Shown here one piece after another: positions 1-12,200 of a stretch of 64,000 nt of DNA (position 1 is its first letter; each line of letters starts with the position of its first letter). Source of the stretch: Macrostomum hystrix (taxonomy: Eukaryota > Animalia > Platyhelminthes); the NCBI GenBank assembly GCA_950097015.1, contig CATNEN010000011.1, positions 1,302,001 through 1,366,000 of the forward strand, given 5' to 3'. Under the pieces are notes generated by a model. It saw nothing but the letters and a program-made list of their open reading frames with translations, searched no databases and had not been told where the DNA came from. The translations under genes and the position numbers were made by a program.

Positions 1-2771
1 AGGCGAGAAGATTGTCCTTCAGGCAGGCGAGAAGATTGTCCTTCAGGCAGGCGAGAAGATTGTCCTTCAGGTAGGAGAGATGCCTGTCTTTCAGATTGGA
101 GAGATGCCTGTCTTTCAGGTAGGAGAGATGCCTGTCTTTCAGATAGGAGAGATGCCTGTCTTTTAGATAGGAGAGATGCCTGTCTTTCAGATAGGAGAGA
201 TGCCTGTCTTTCAGGTAGGAGAGATGCCTGTCTTTCAGGTAGGAGAGATGCCTGTCTTTCAGGTAGGAGAGATGCCTGTCTTTCAGGTAGGAGACAAGCC
301 TGTCTTTCAGGTAGGAGAGATGCCTGTCTTTCAGGTAGGAGAGATGCCTGTCTTTCAGGTAGGAGAGATGCCTGTCTTTCAGGTAGGTGAGATGCCTGTC
401 TTTCAGGTAGGAGAGATGCCTGTCTTTCAGGTAGGAGAGATGCCTGTCTTTCAGGTAGGAGACAAGCCTGTCTTTCAGGTAGGAGAGATGCCTGTCTTTC
501 AGGTAGGAGAGATGCCTGTCTTTCAGGTAGGAGAGAAGCCTGTCTTTCAGGTAGGTGAGATGCCTGTCTTTCAGGTAGGAGAGATGCCTGTCTTTCAGAT
601 AGGAGAGATGCCTGTCTTTCAGGTAGGAGACAAGCCTGTCTTTCAGGTAGGAGACAAGCCTGTCCTTCAGGCAGGCGAGAAGATTGTCCTTCAGGTAGGA
701 GAGAAGATTGTCCTTCAGGCAGGATAGAAGATTGTCCTTCAGGTAGGCGAGAAGATTGTCCTTCAGGTAGGAGAGAAGATTGTCCTTCAGGTAGGAGAGA
801 AGATTGTCCTTCAGGCAGGCGAGAAGATTGTCCTTCAGGTAGGATAGAAGATTGTCCTTCAGGTAGGATAGAAGGTTGTCCTTCAGGCAGGATAGAAGAT
901 TGTCCTTCAGGCAGGATAGAAGATTGTCCTTCAGGTAGGAGAGAAGATTGTCCTTCAGGCAGGCGAGAAGATTGTCCTTCAGGTAGGATAGAAGATTGTC
1001 CTTCAGGTAGGATAGAAGGTTGTCCTTCAGGCAGGATAGAAGATTGTCCTTCAGGCAGGATAGAAGATTGTCCTTCAGGTAGGAGAGAAGATTGTCCTTC
1101 AGGCAGGAGAGAAGATTGTCCTTCAGGCAGGCGAGAAGATTGTCCTTCAGGTAGGAGAGAAGATTGTCCTTCAGGTAGGAGAGAAGATTGTCCTTCAGGT
1201 AGGAGAGAAGATTGTCCTTCAGGTAGGAGAGAAGATTGTCCTTCAAGTAGGAGAGAGATTGTCCTTCAGGTAGGAGAGAAGATTGTCCTTCAGGTAGGAG
1301 AGAAGATTGTCCTTCAGGCAGGCGAGAAGATTGTCCTTCAGGCAGGCGAGAAGATTGTCCTTCAGGTAGGATAGAAGATTGTCCTTCAGGTAGGAGAGAA
1401 GATTGTCCTTCAGTTAGGAGAGAAGATTGTCCTTCAGGCAGGAGAGAAGATTGTCCTTCAGGTAGGATAGAAGATTGTCCTTCAGGCAGGATAGAAGATT
1501 GTCCTTCAGGTAGGCGAGAAGATTGTCCTTCAGGCAGGATAGAAGATTGTCCTTCAGGTAGGCGAGAAGATTGTCCTTCAGGCAGGCGAGAAGATTGTCC
1601 TTCAGGCAGGCGAGAAGATTGTCCTTCAGGTAGGAGAGAAGATTGTCCTTCAGGTAGGAGAGAAGATTGTCCTTCAGGTAGGAGAGAAGATTGTCCTTCA
1701 GGTAGGAGAGAAGATTGTCCTTCAAGTAGGAGAGAAATTGTCCTTCAGGTAGGAGAGAAGATTTTCCTTCAGGTAGGAGAGAAGATTGTCCTTCAGGTAG
1801 GAGAGAAGATTGTCCTTCAGGCAGGCGAGAAGATTGTCCTTCAGGTAGGATAGAAGATTGTCCTTCAGGTAGGATAGAAGGTTGTCCTTCAGGCAGGATA
1901 GAAGATTGTCCTTCAGGCAGGATAGAAGATTGTCCTTCAGGTAGGAGAGAAGATTGTCCTTCAGGCAGGCGAGAAGATTGTCCTTCAGGCAGGCGAGAAG
2001 ATTGTCCTTCAGGTAGGAGAGAAGATTGTCCTTCAGGCAGGAGAGAAGATTGTCCTTCAGGTAGGAGAGAAGATTGTCCTTCAGGTAGGAGAGAAGATTG
2101 TCCTTCAGGTAGGAGAGAAGATTGTCCTTCAGGTAGGAGAGAAGATTGTCCTTCAGGTAGGAGAAGATTGTCCTTCAGGTAGGAGAGAGATTGTCCTTCA
2201 GGTAGGAGAGAAGATTGTCCTTCAGGTAGGAGAGAAGATTGTCCTTCAGGTAGAATAGAAGATTGTCCTTCAGGCAGGAGAGAAGATTGTCCTTCAGGCA
2301 GGAGAGAAGATTGTCCTTCAGGAAGGAGAGAAGATTGTCCTTCAGGCAGGAGAGAAGATTGTCCTTCAGGCAGGCGAGAAGATTGTCCTTCAGGTAGGAG
2401 AGAAGATTGTCCTTCAGGTAGGATAGAAGGTTGTCCTTCAGGCAGGATAGAAGATTGTCCTTCAGGCAGGATAGAAGGTTGTCCTTCAGGCAGGATAGAA
2501 GATTGTCCTTCAGGCAGGATAGAAGATTGTCCTTCAGGTCGGAGAGAAGATTGTCCTTCAGGCAGGAGAGAAGATTGTCCTTCAGGTAGGAGAGAAGATT
2601 GTCCTTCAGGTAGGAGAGAAGATTGTCCTTCAGGTAGGAGAGAAGATTGTCCTTCAGGTAGGAGAGAAGATTGTCCTTCAGGCAGGCGAGAAGATTGTCC
2701 TTCAGGCAGGCGAGAAGATTGTCCTTCAGGCAGGCGAGAAGATTGTCCTTCAGGCAGGAGAGAAGATTGTC
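1..2771. repeat. 21-bp minisatellite array (AGGTAGGAGAGAAGATTGTCCTTC-type; 5' sub-block variant with GATGCCTGTCTTTC), truncated by the window edge
   Basis: Directly visible 21-bp periodicity with two subtypes, switching at about 660-700. ORFs 176..727, 1414..1725 and 2175..2834 are just 7-aa translations of the unit. Confidence 0.97.
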
Positions 2772-3928
2772 AAAAGACAGAACAGTTTCCTCGTTGTCTT
2801 CGGGTCTAGTGTCACCAAAAAATATGTGAATCATGAAAATATTAGATTACGTAGTCGAAACTAGATTTTCGACGCAGGTTTAACGAGTGCATATAATAAG
2901 CTGTTGGGTTTTTTTAAACTGCGAGTACTTTGAAAATTGGACAAAAGAAGCCACTTTATAGCAGTTTCACTTTTCTTTGTCTGGGTGCAATAAAGCTAGC
3001 TTTTTCTGCCCACAAATTTTGCCATAAAAATGCTTCAGCCCCTAAAGCACCCACAATGGCTGTTTCTTGATTTCGCAATATTCTTGTCGTATTTAGTGCG
3101 AATAAGACAATGAATGAATTTCCAGATCTTTCTTTTTCATCTCAACTAAGTTTTGAGTCAGTAAAAACTGAGCCAATTCGTTTCACTTGGTTGGTTTGAA
3201 AGGCAAGAAACACGATGACAGAATCGTAAAACAGTGACAAAGGGCCCGGGGGTTCGTAACAGGCAGAACTGGTTTAAACCGGTTTGTGAAAGAATAGCAA
3301 AGCCCTCAAATATGGTCAAATGCAGGGGCTATTATAGATCTGATTGTTCTCATTGTAGACGCAATGCAAATGGCCACCCAGAACCAGTTTTTTGTTAACT
3401 TAAAATTGAGAAAGAGACGAGACTTGCTCGCAGGCTCACAGTTGTGCCAAACTTGAACATTGCATATCGCAGCAGCTGATTGCATTATGCAAACGGAGAT
3501 TCGGACAAAGAAGGGAGAGAGAGAAGAATAGAGATTTCAGGTGGACAATGGCCAGCCGCTCGAAGGCAGTTTGCTTTTAAGTTTGACGCGCGACAAACTG
3601 TCTGCCCAAAAAACCTGCCGCCTAAGCCCCCACTAAACCGTACTATATCGCGCCATCTCATAATAACAAACAGCAGGTCTACTGTGGCTGCACATTGCAG
3701 ACACGAGTTGAGTAGGTGGGTTGAATAAAAAAACTGTATTTAAAGCCAAATTGTTCGGCCTCGCTTGCTGCTCCTTGCCTAACTAACTCTAGAGCATCTT
3801 TCATTTTAACAAAAAAGCGGAAAAGTACAGATCTTTTTAGGGCTATCGAGTGCGTTTAAAATTTTCCGAGCAAAGCGGTCGATTGCCAAAGTGAATCGTT
3901 TTTGGCAAAGAATAGTTTTGCAGGAATT

Positions 3929-3972
3929 ATGGCCGACAGACGATCAGGTAAGCAACAGCCGTCACAGAGACG

Positions 3973-4004
<32 letters not shown>

Positions 4005-4027
4005 GACAGCAGCAGCAGCAGCAGCAG
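3929..4027 (+). CDS. Putative first coding exon of the giant T/E-rich (KY-linked) gene: MADRRSGKQQPSQRR-polyQ
   Basis: ATG at 3929 in ATTATGG context; CAG|GTTGGT donor at 4027/4028 in phase 0, matching the next exon. An alternative donor G|GTAAG at 3947/3948 does not phase-match the exon-2 acceptor at 5043/5044. Confidence 0.45.
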
Positions 4028-4083
4028 GTTGGTTGTCTCTTTCGACTTTGTCAATGTGATAATTGTATAGTAGTTAATGTTGC

Positions 4084-4350
4084 GAGGTTGTAGCCGAGTG
4101 GTTAGGGCGTCGGACTCACGACTTGAAGGTCGGGGGTTCGATTCTTGACTCCACTGGAACAATTTGTGTCCTTTAGCAAGACACTTAACTCTGCATTGCT
4201 TCAGTTCACCCAGCTGTTAAATGGGTACCAGCATTAGCTGGGATAATTGAAGGTGGGTGTGGCGTCCCCCCAGTCCATGGACTGAACAGCTGTACGCAGC
4301 CTTCAGATGCGCCGCCCAATATAGCTGCGGCTGTGCTGTCGGCTGCACAT
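4084..4350 (+). mobile_element. tRNA-derived CORE-SINE, full-length copy
   Basis: A box TAGCCGAGTGG and B box GGTTCGATTC, then TGTGTCCTTTAGCAAGACACTTAACTCT...CAGTTCACCCAGCTGTTAAATGGG, which resembles the MIR/CORE domain. Near-identical copies at 61528 (+) and 42239-42503 (-). Confidence 0.85.
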
Positions 4351-5043
4351 CTGGCCCTATTGGGACAGATGTAATCCATTTTTTCAATAGTAGTTAATGT
4401 AGTAGCTATTAGTTAGTAGTAACTACGGTAACTGCTTCTATACTACTGTAGGACTATATTACTATATGATATTAGACTTGCTACTAACGACTAACTTAGT
4501 AACTAGTATCTATAGTAGTAAACTATAGTAACTATAGGCGAGGCAAAAATATAATGTCATTACCCCATTATCCATTTCCATCAATATTGGTCGATCAGTC
4601 CTTACCAGTAACTAAAGTAGTAACTATAGAAACTATAGTAAATTATAGTTACTAATGTATTTACTATAGTGTACAGTAGTTACTTCAGTATTTATTTCAG
4701 TACTAAGTTATTGGTTTGTAGCAAGTGTAATATCAAGGACGACTAGAGATATATACTTCCTACTGATATTGGCTTGCATTTATACTGCCACGATACGAGC
4801 ATCGGCGCAAAGATCAAGCTTCCATAAGCTTCATAGTTGCCCCTACAACCCCTGCTAAACCCCTGCCTTCTGCATGCCTGCTTGCGTGACTCTGTGTTAT
4901 GTGCGTTGGGCCGTAAGATGATAAGAGGATAAGTTCCTCCAAAAGAGGAAAAACTTTTTTAAGGTCATTTTATTTTATAATGAAAATAAAATAATCAAAA
5001 TAAGATTCAATACTAATATACAATACTAACATGCAAACAACAG

Positions 5044-5051
5044 CAACAACT

Positions 5052-5082
<31 letters not shown>

Positions 5083-5629
5083 TCTGCCGCAATCTGGCAG
5101 GACCAGAGCCGATCAACATCCGACGCTGTTTCAGCGTCGTCCACAATCGTTATTCACGAACGAATCCTATCCGACGACGTGACCATGGTGGTGACTGAGC
5201 AGAGCGACGAGATTCAGCAGCAGCAGCAGCAGCAGCAGAACGAGCAGGAGATCGTTGTTGCGACAGGCCCAGTAGCTTCCAATGAGTCGATCATCGACAA
5301 ATCTGTGCGAACGTCGATCACTGTCGAGGCGACGGTGACAGAAGCCTGTCCGCTGATAGACGAAGACGAGTCGACATCGTCCAACTCGGCGGAAGAGCCC
5401 TTCAGTCACAAGTACGAGGAGCTGCGAGAGGGCGATGCCGAGGTCGACCTCACCGGCGGATGCATCGATCGAACCTCGTCGGATGCCTCAGACGGCTTCA
5501 ACGAGCGAGATTTCGACAGCTCGTTGTCGGTCTCTGGTGGCAAGTGCTTCGGCAGCACGTGCAGCTCGTACAGATTCGTCATCAAGCGCAACCAAGCTGG
5601 GAATGGCAGCATAGCAACGAACTCGAGCC
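5044..5629 (+). CDS. Putative exon 2 of the giant T/E-rich gene (polyQ, acidic Ser-rich)
   Basis: Branch site TACTAAC at 5024-5030, acceptor AACAG at 5043, frame open through ORF 5179..5664, donor C|GTGAGG at 5629/5630 in phase 1, matching the acceptor at 6230. Confidence 0.6.
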
Positions 5630-6230
5630 GTGAGGAACTCGATTTGCTTGAAAATTACTTCTAAGAGTTCTGGGATTTTAGGCTCCAGGATCATGCAGAA
5701 ATATTACTCCAGGCTATACAGGCAAGAGTTGCGAAAAGGTAAAAATGAGACACGGGAGAGATGTGACGCAAGAGAGATGAGATGTGGTGATAATATGGGT
5801 AGAGATGATATGAAGTGAGATTAGACATATGTTATAAGATGGGGAGAGATGATATAAGGGGTGGGAGATGAGACAGGGGAGACATGAGACTGGAAGTGAG
5901 TTGCAACCTCGGAGTGACTGAGTTTTGGCCAAGGTATTTGCCAAGAGTACTGGTATTTGGTTCATGGCTCTTGGTCCTAGCAGCTTGCTAATGGTATCTG
6001 GCCCTTCACACATACGTGTGGAGTAAATCTCCTATGGGTTCAAATGCTGTCCTTTATCCCCTGAATCCCGAACTCCCAAGCAAAAAGTGTTAAATAACTA
6101 ACGCCAGATTCTGCCCTGTTTCATTATGAGTTTCTAGTCATTAAATCCTAATGCTTATTCCCTATGTGCTCAACTGGCTTCGGTGGCACTAACCAACAAA
6201 GTAGGATTTGCCTCACTATATGATCCACAG

Positions 6231-9200
6231 AAAAGTCAACGACAACAAGAACAACGACAACAACAACGACGCAGCGCAAAGCTGCGGCAGAAATTTCCAG
6301 CAGAACCACCGGAGAAGTGCTGGAGGAGGCCATTTCATCGACAAGCATCGCGTCCGCGGCAGCCGAGGTGAAGACAGGAGCCGAAGCCAGCGGAACCACC
6401 AGCTCGAGATACGCCGCGAAACAAACTAGTGGAAAACAGTCGAATCAAGAAGAGCAGCTAAATACAGAACTCACCTTTGAAGTTGTTGAGGAAGGCGAAG
6501 AGTCCATTGTCAGGACAAGACAAAAGACAGAAATCAATGTAGGAAAGGTTTTCACTGATGGAACCAAGGAGACTAAAGTCCTTGAAACTACTGAGACAAC
6601 TGACAGAGTTATCGTCGGTGTTACTGGTCCTAGTAGAGTGACTGAAGTTGTGACAACGACGACGATCACCTCGACTACTGACTCGAATTCGAATTTCGAT
6701 TCATCGGCTGAGCAAGCAAGCGCTAGCGACTTTGTTATTGTTACCAAGCAGCAAGTGATCGAGTCGCAGATAGAATCTGATGAACGGGACAAAACTGTCG
6801 CAACAAGCAATCTCACTAACGATGGAATGGAAAGTTTTGTCATTACGAAAACCGATCCGACAATAGTTTGTCCGACTGTAACCACACAGGATACCAGCGA
6901 CTCCGGCAAGAGAGTATCAACAACTGAGGAAGTCATCACGGAGTCCAAGCAGACTAGCATTGGTGGCTCTGTTAGGACTGCAGAAAACGTAACGGTCGTG
7001 GTCAAGAAGACTACAAATCTCATTACCGAAGTGCACAGCTCAGAAGAGACAGACACAACAACCGATCTAACGATTGACGACACAGACGAATTTGATGACA
7101 CCATGACTGACGCAACATTGGAGACCACGGACGACATAACAATGGACGCAAGAACCGACGCGACCGAAGGAAATTCTGATGGCGGAGATAGCGACGCAAC
7201 CATGGAAACCACTGACGATCTGACCGAGGATTCTGGCTATCCTGCGTCTGCGTCACAATTGACCGAGGTCATTCAAGGCGATGGACGAACTGTTACCAAG
7301 GTGACCAGAGTGACGAAAAAGAAAATTGTAACCACGACAGGAAAAGAAGCGAGTGGAAAAAACGTTGACAACTCCACCAGAGCTTCAATACTGACAACAA
7401 AGAGCAAGCGGTCTGTCAATTCCATTCTGGAAACAGAGCACACTCTAAAAAAGTGCACCGAAGACGCCACTGGTGGCTCTTGGTTCTCCAAGTCGTTCGC
7501 TAGCGAAATTGAGCGCTTTGCCAGTGCCGATAATAAGAAGAGCCGTTACGTAGATCTTGACGCACTGTGGGCAGATCTGTTCATTCCAAGCAGCTACACA
7601 GTCCAGTACGTTACTGAGGAAAGCTCGAAACCTTCTTCCACGTGGGTGTGTCGCTATCTTGATATCGATCTAAAAGAGGGAAGCAGCTCTACTGCTTCCT
7701 GTGCCACAGAGGAGAGCACAATCGATTCTAGCACCAAGATTTCCGTTTTCAAAACTGACCATTCAGAGGATGCTGAGGCAAGACGTGCGTCCAAGAACCA
7801 AATCACAACAACCAAGACCACAACGGTCATTAGAAGACAGGACGGTGAAAGTACTAAAGGTGAAGTGACGAAGTTTGATCAGACGATGGACAGTAGCAAC
7901 AAGGAAGAAGAGTCCAAAATAACCACTGACGATGGAGAGACCACGACAACAACTACAACTACCATCAGGACTATGACTATTACAAATACAAATGGAGATG
8001 ATAGCGAGAAAGTAACATCAGTAACAAAGACGTCCACAACTGATCTTATCGGATGCGCCATTCGTACTACCAGCGACGAAACCAATTCAAACGGCATCGA
8101 AGTGCTGCACAGAAGGGATTCTAAAGACGGTCCAAGCGAAGAACCTCTTGATAGCGAGTTCTTGTCCGTCACGAGCGGTCAAGTTACAATAGAAATTAAC
8201 TCGGTGCAAAAGGTGATTGACGCAATGATCGAGGTGACAACCGAGGTGACGACCGAGGCGACGGAGATCGAACAGACGACTGAGGAGACCACCGAGGAGA
8301 CTACTGGGGAGACCACCGAAGAGACCACCAAGGAGACCACCGAGGAGACTACTGAGGAGACCACCGAGGAGACAACAGAGGTGACGGAGATCGAACAGAC
8401 GACTGAGGAGACCACCGAGGAGACTACTGGGGAGACCACCGAAGAGACCACCGAGGAGACCACCGAGGAGACTACTGAGGAGACCACCGAGGAGACAACA
8501 GAGGTGACGGAGATCGAACAGACGACTGAGGAGACAACCGAGGAGACCACCGAGGAGACAACAGAGGTGACGGAGATCGAACAGACGACTGAGGAGACTG
8601 AGGAGACCACGGTGACAACCGAGGCGACGGAGATCGAACAGACGACTGAGGAGACCACGGTGACAACCGTGGCGACGGAGATCGAACAGACGACCGAGGA
8701 GACCGCCGAGGTGACAACCGAGGCGACGGAGATCGAACAGACGACTGAGGAGACCACCGAGGAGACTACTGAGGAGACCACCGAAGAGACCACCGAGGAG
8801 ACCACCGAGGAGACAACAGAGGTGACGGAGATCGAACAGACGACTGAGGAGACCACCGAGGAGACCACGGAGTTGACGGAGATCGAACAGACGACTGAGG
8901 AGACCACCGAGGAGACCACTGAGGAAACCACTGCGGAGACCACCGAGGTGACAACCGAGGGGACGGAGATCGAACAGACGACTGAGGAGACCACCGAGGA
9001 GACCACCGAGGAGACCACTGAAGTGACGGAGATCAAACAGACGACTGAGGAGACCACCGAGGAGACCTCCGAGGAGACCACGGAGGTGACGGAGATCGAA
9101 CAGACCACTGAGGAGACCACTGAGGAGACTACTGAGGGGACAACAGAGGTGACGGAGATCGAACAGACGACTGGGGAGACCACCGAGGAGATCACCGAGG

Positions 9201-12200
9201 AGACCACCGAGGAGACAACCGAGGTGACGGAGATCGAACAGACGACGGAGGAGACCACCGAGGAGACCACCGAGAAAGAAACATCATGGACGAAGACGTC
9301 AACTACAGAAATGATCGGATGCGCTATTCGAGCTACTGGCGAAAGTTCAAAAAGCTTTGAAGTTCTTCACAGAAGAGCATCCACAGAGAGCCTAAGCGAA
9401 GAGGCGCAAAAAAGTGAATTCTTGTTTGTCAAGGAGGACCAAGTAACAATCGAGATTGACTCAGTGCAAAAAGCGATCGATGCGAAAAGAAAATCATCCA
9501 GTCCAGAAAAGTCCAAAAATTCTACGACTAAAAAAACTAAAAAGACACCGAGGGTTAAAATCGATCAAACGGTCACTGAGGTTGAGCAGACAACCGAGGA
9601 ATCCACTGAGACCACTGAGGTTGAAGAAACGACCGATGAGGCTACAGAGGTTGAGCAGACAACCGAGGAGACGATTGAGACCACTGAGGTTGAGGAAACG
9701 ACTGATGAGGCTACTGAGGTTGAGCAGACAACCGAGGAATCGATTGAGACCACTGAGGTTGAGGAAACGACCGATGAGGCTACTGAGGTTGAGCAGACAA
9801 CCGAGGAATCGATTGAGACCACTGAGATTGAGGAAACGACCGATGAGACGACTGAGATTGAGCAGACAACCGAGGAGACAACTGAGGTTGAGCAGACAAC
9901 CGAGGAGACAACTGAGGTTGAGCAGACTACCCAGGAGACTATTGAGACCACTGAGGTTGAGGAAACGACCGATGAGACTACTGAGGTTGAGCAGACTACC
10001 GAGGAGATCACTGAGATTGAGCAGACAACCGAGGAATCGATTGAGACCACTGAGGTTGAGGAAACGACCGATGAGACGACTGAGATTGAGCAGACAACCG
10101 AGGAGACAACTGAGGTTGAGCAGACAACCGAGGAGACCCAGGAGACTATTGAGACCACTGAGGTTGAGGAAACGACCGATGAGACTACTGAGGTTGAGCA
10201 GACTACCGAGGAGATCACTGAGATTGAACAGACAACCGAGGAATCGATTGAGACCACTGAGATTGAGGAAACGACCGAGGAGACCACTGAGATTGAGCAG
10301 ACAACCGAGGAGACAGCTGAGATTGAGCAGACAACCGAGGAGACAACTGAGGTTGAGCAGACAACCGAGGAATCGATTGAGACTACTGAGGTTGAGCAGA
10401 CTACCGAGGAGACCACTGAGGTTGAGCAGACAACCGAGGAGACAGCTGAGATTGAGCAGACAACCGAGGAGACAACTGAGGTTGAGCAGACAACCGAGGA
10501 ATCGATTGAGACTACTGAGGTTGAGCAGACTACCGAGGAGACAACTGAGATTGAGCAGACAACCGAGGAGACAACTGAGGTTGAGCAGACTACCCAGGAG
10601 ACTATTGAGACCACTGAGATTGAGGAAACGACCGAGGAGACAACTGAGGTTGAGCAGACAACCGAGGAATCGATTGAGACTACTGAGGTTGAGCAGACTA
10701 CCGAGGAGATCACTGAGATTGAGCAGACAACCGAGGAGACAACTGAGGTTGAGCAGACAACCGAGGAGACAACTGAGGTTGAGCAGACAACCGAGGAGAC
10801 AACTGAGGTTGAGCAGACAACCGAGGAGACAACTGAGGTTGAGCAGACTACCCAGGAGACTATTGAGACCACTGAGATTGAGGAGACGACCGATGAGACT
10901 ACTGAGGTTGAGCAGACAACTGAAATGACAACTGAGGTTGAGCAGACAACTGAAGAGACCACTGAGATTGAGCAGACAACCGAGGAGACAACTGAGGTTG
11001 AGCAGACAACCGAGGAGACCACTGAGATTGAGCAGACAACCGAGGAGACAGCTGAGATTGAGCAGACAACCGAGGAGACAACTGAGGTTGAGCAGACTAC
11101 CCAGGAGACTATTGAGACCACTGAGGTTGAGGAAACGACCGATGAGACTACTGAGGTTGAGCAGACAACCGAGGAGACAACTGATGTTGAGCAGACAACC
11201 GAGGAGACAACTGAGGTTGAGCAGACTACCCAGGAGACTATTGAGACCACTGAGATTGAGGAGACGACCGAGGAGACTACTGAGGTTGAGCAGACAACTG
11301 AAGTGACAACTGAGGTTGAGCAGACAACCGAGGAGACAACTGAGATTGAGCAGACTACCGAGGAGACTATTGAGACCACTGAGATTGAGGAAACGACCGA
11401 TGAGACTACTAAGGTTGAGCAGACAACTGAAGAGACAACTGAGGTTGAGCAGACTACCGAGGAGACCACTGAGATTGAGCAGACAACCGAGGAATCGATT
11501 GAGACCACTGAGATTGAGGAAACGACCGATGAGACTACTGAGGTTGAGCAGACAACTGAAGAGACCACTGAGATTGAGCAGACAACCGAGGAGACTATTG
11601 AGACCTGTGAAATGACTGAGATCAAGAATTCTTTTGCCTTTACCGAAGCCTTCGGTGACACAGGGGCGGATGTCTTCGGGTATGCTTTTATTGTGTACGG
11701 CTCGGTGTTCATGTCCGAGACTTTCTCATGTGGCGAGTTCAGAGAAAGGCAAGATTCGAGTTCTCAAGAGTTTGCAAGTGAATATTTGAAAGTCATTGAC
11801 TCTGAGAAGTTAACCAGAAGCACTGAGTTTTATCTCGAGACTGATGTTTTCAGCATGAAGAAGCGCTGCACAACTTACGTTGAAGATGATGAGCCGACTT
11901 CAAAGACGACCATTAGTCAGCAGGTCACTGGTGACGACAGTCAAACTGATACAACGCTCCAAACAACTACCGTTACAACTACTACCATCACAACAATGGT
12001 TACTGGAAAGAGTATTCAGGAGACAAGACTCGTCGACGATGCTCAGAATAGTGCACTGACTGTCGCTTCTACTGCGCGGATAGCTAATATTTCGTATTCC
12101 ACATCCGACTACCGCTTCATCTCATCTCTGGTTAGCCACTACGTCAGACAGATCAATCCTGATCGCCTACAGTTTATTTCAACCATTTCTGGTGAACAAA

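Noticed and set aside
176-2834. ORFs 176..727, 1414..1725 and 2175..2834 with 7-aa repeats
   Set aside because: They are translations of a 21-bp minisatellite; other copies of the unit contain stops and frameshifts and no splice context was found.
4084-4160. tRNA gene call for the SINE head
   Set aside because: A and B boxes are present but the acceptor stem and cloverleaf do not close, and the sequence continues into a CORE domain in multiple dispersed copies.
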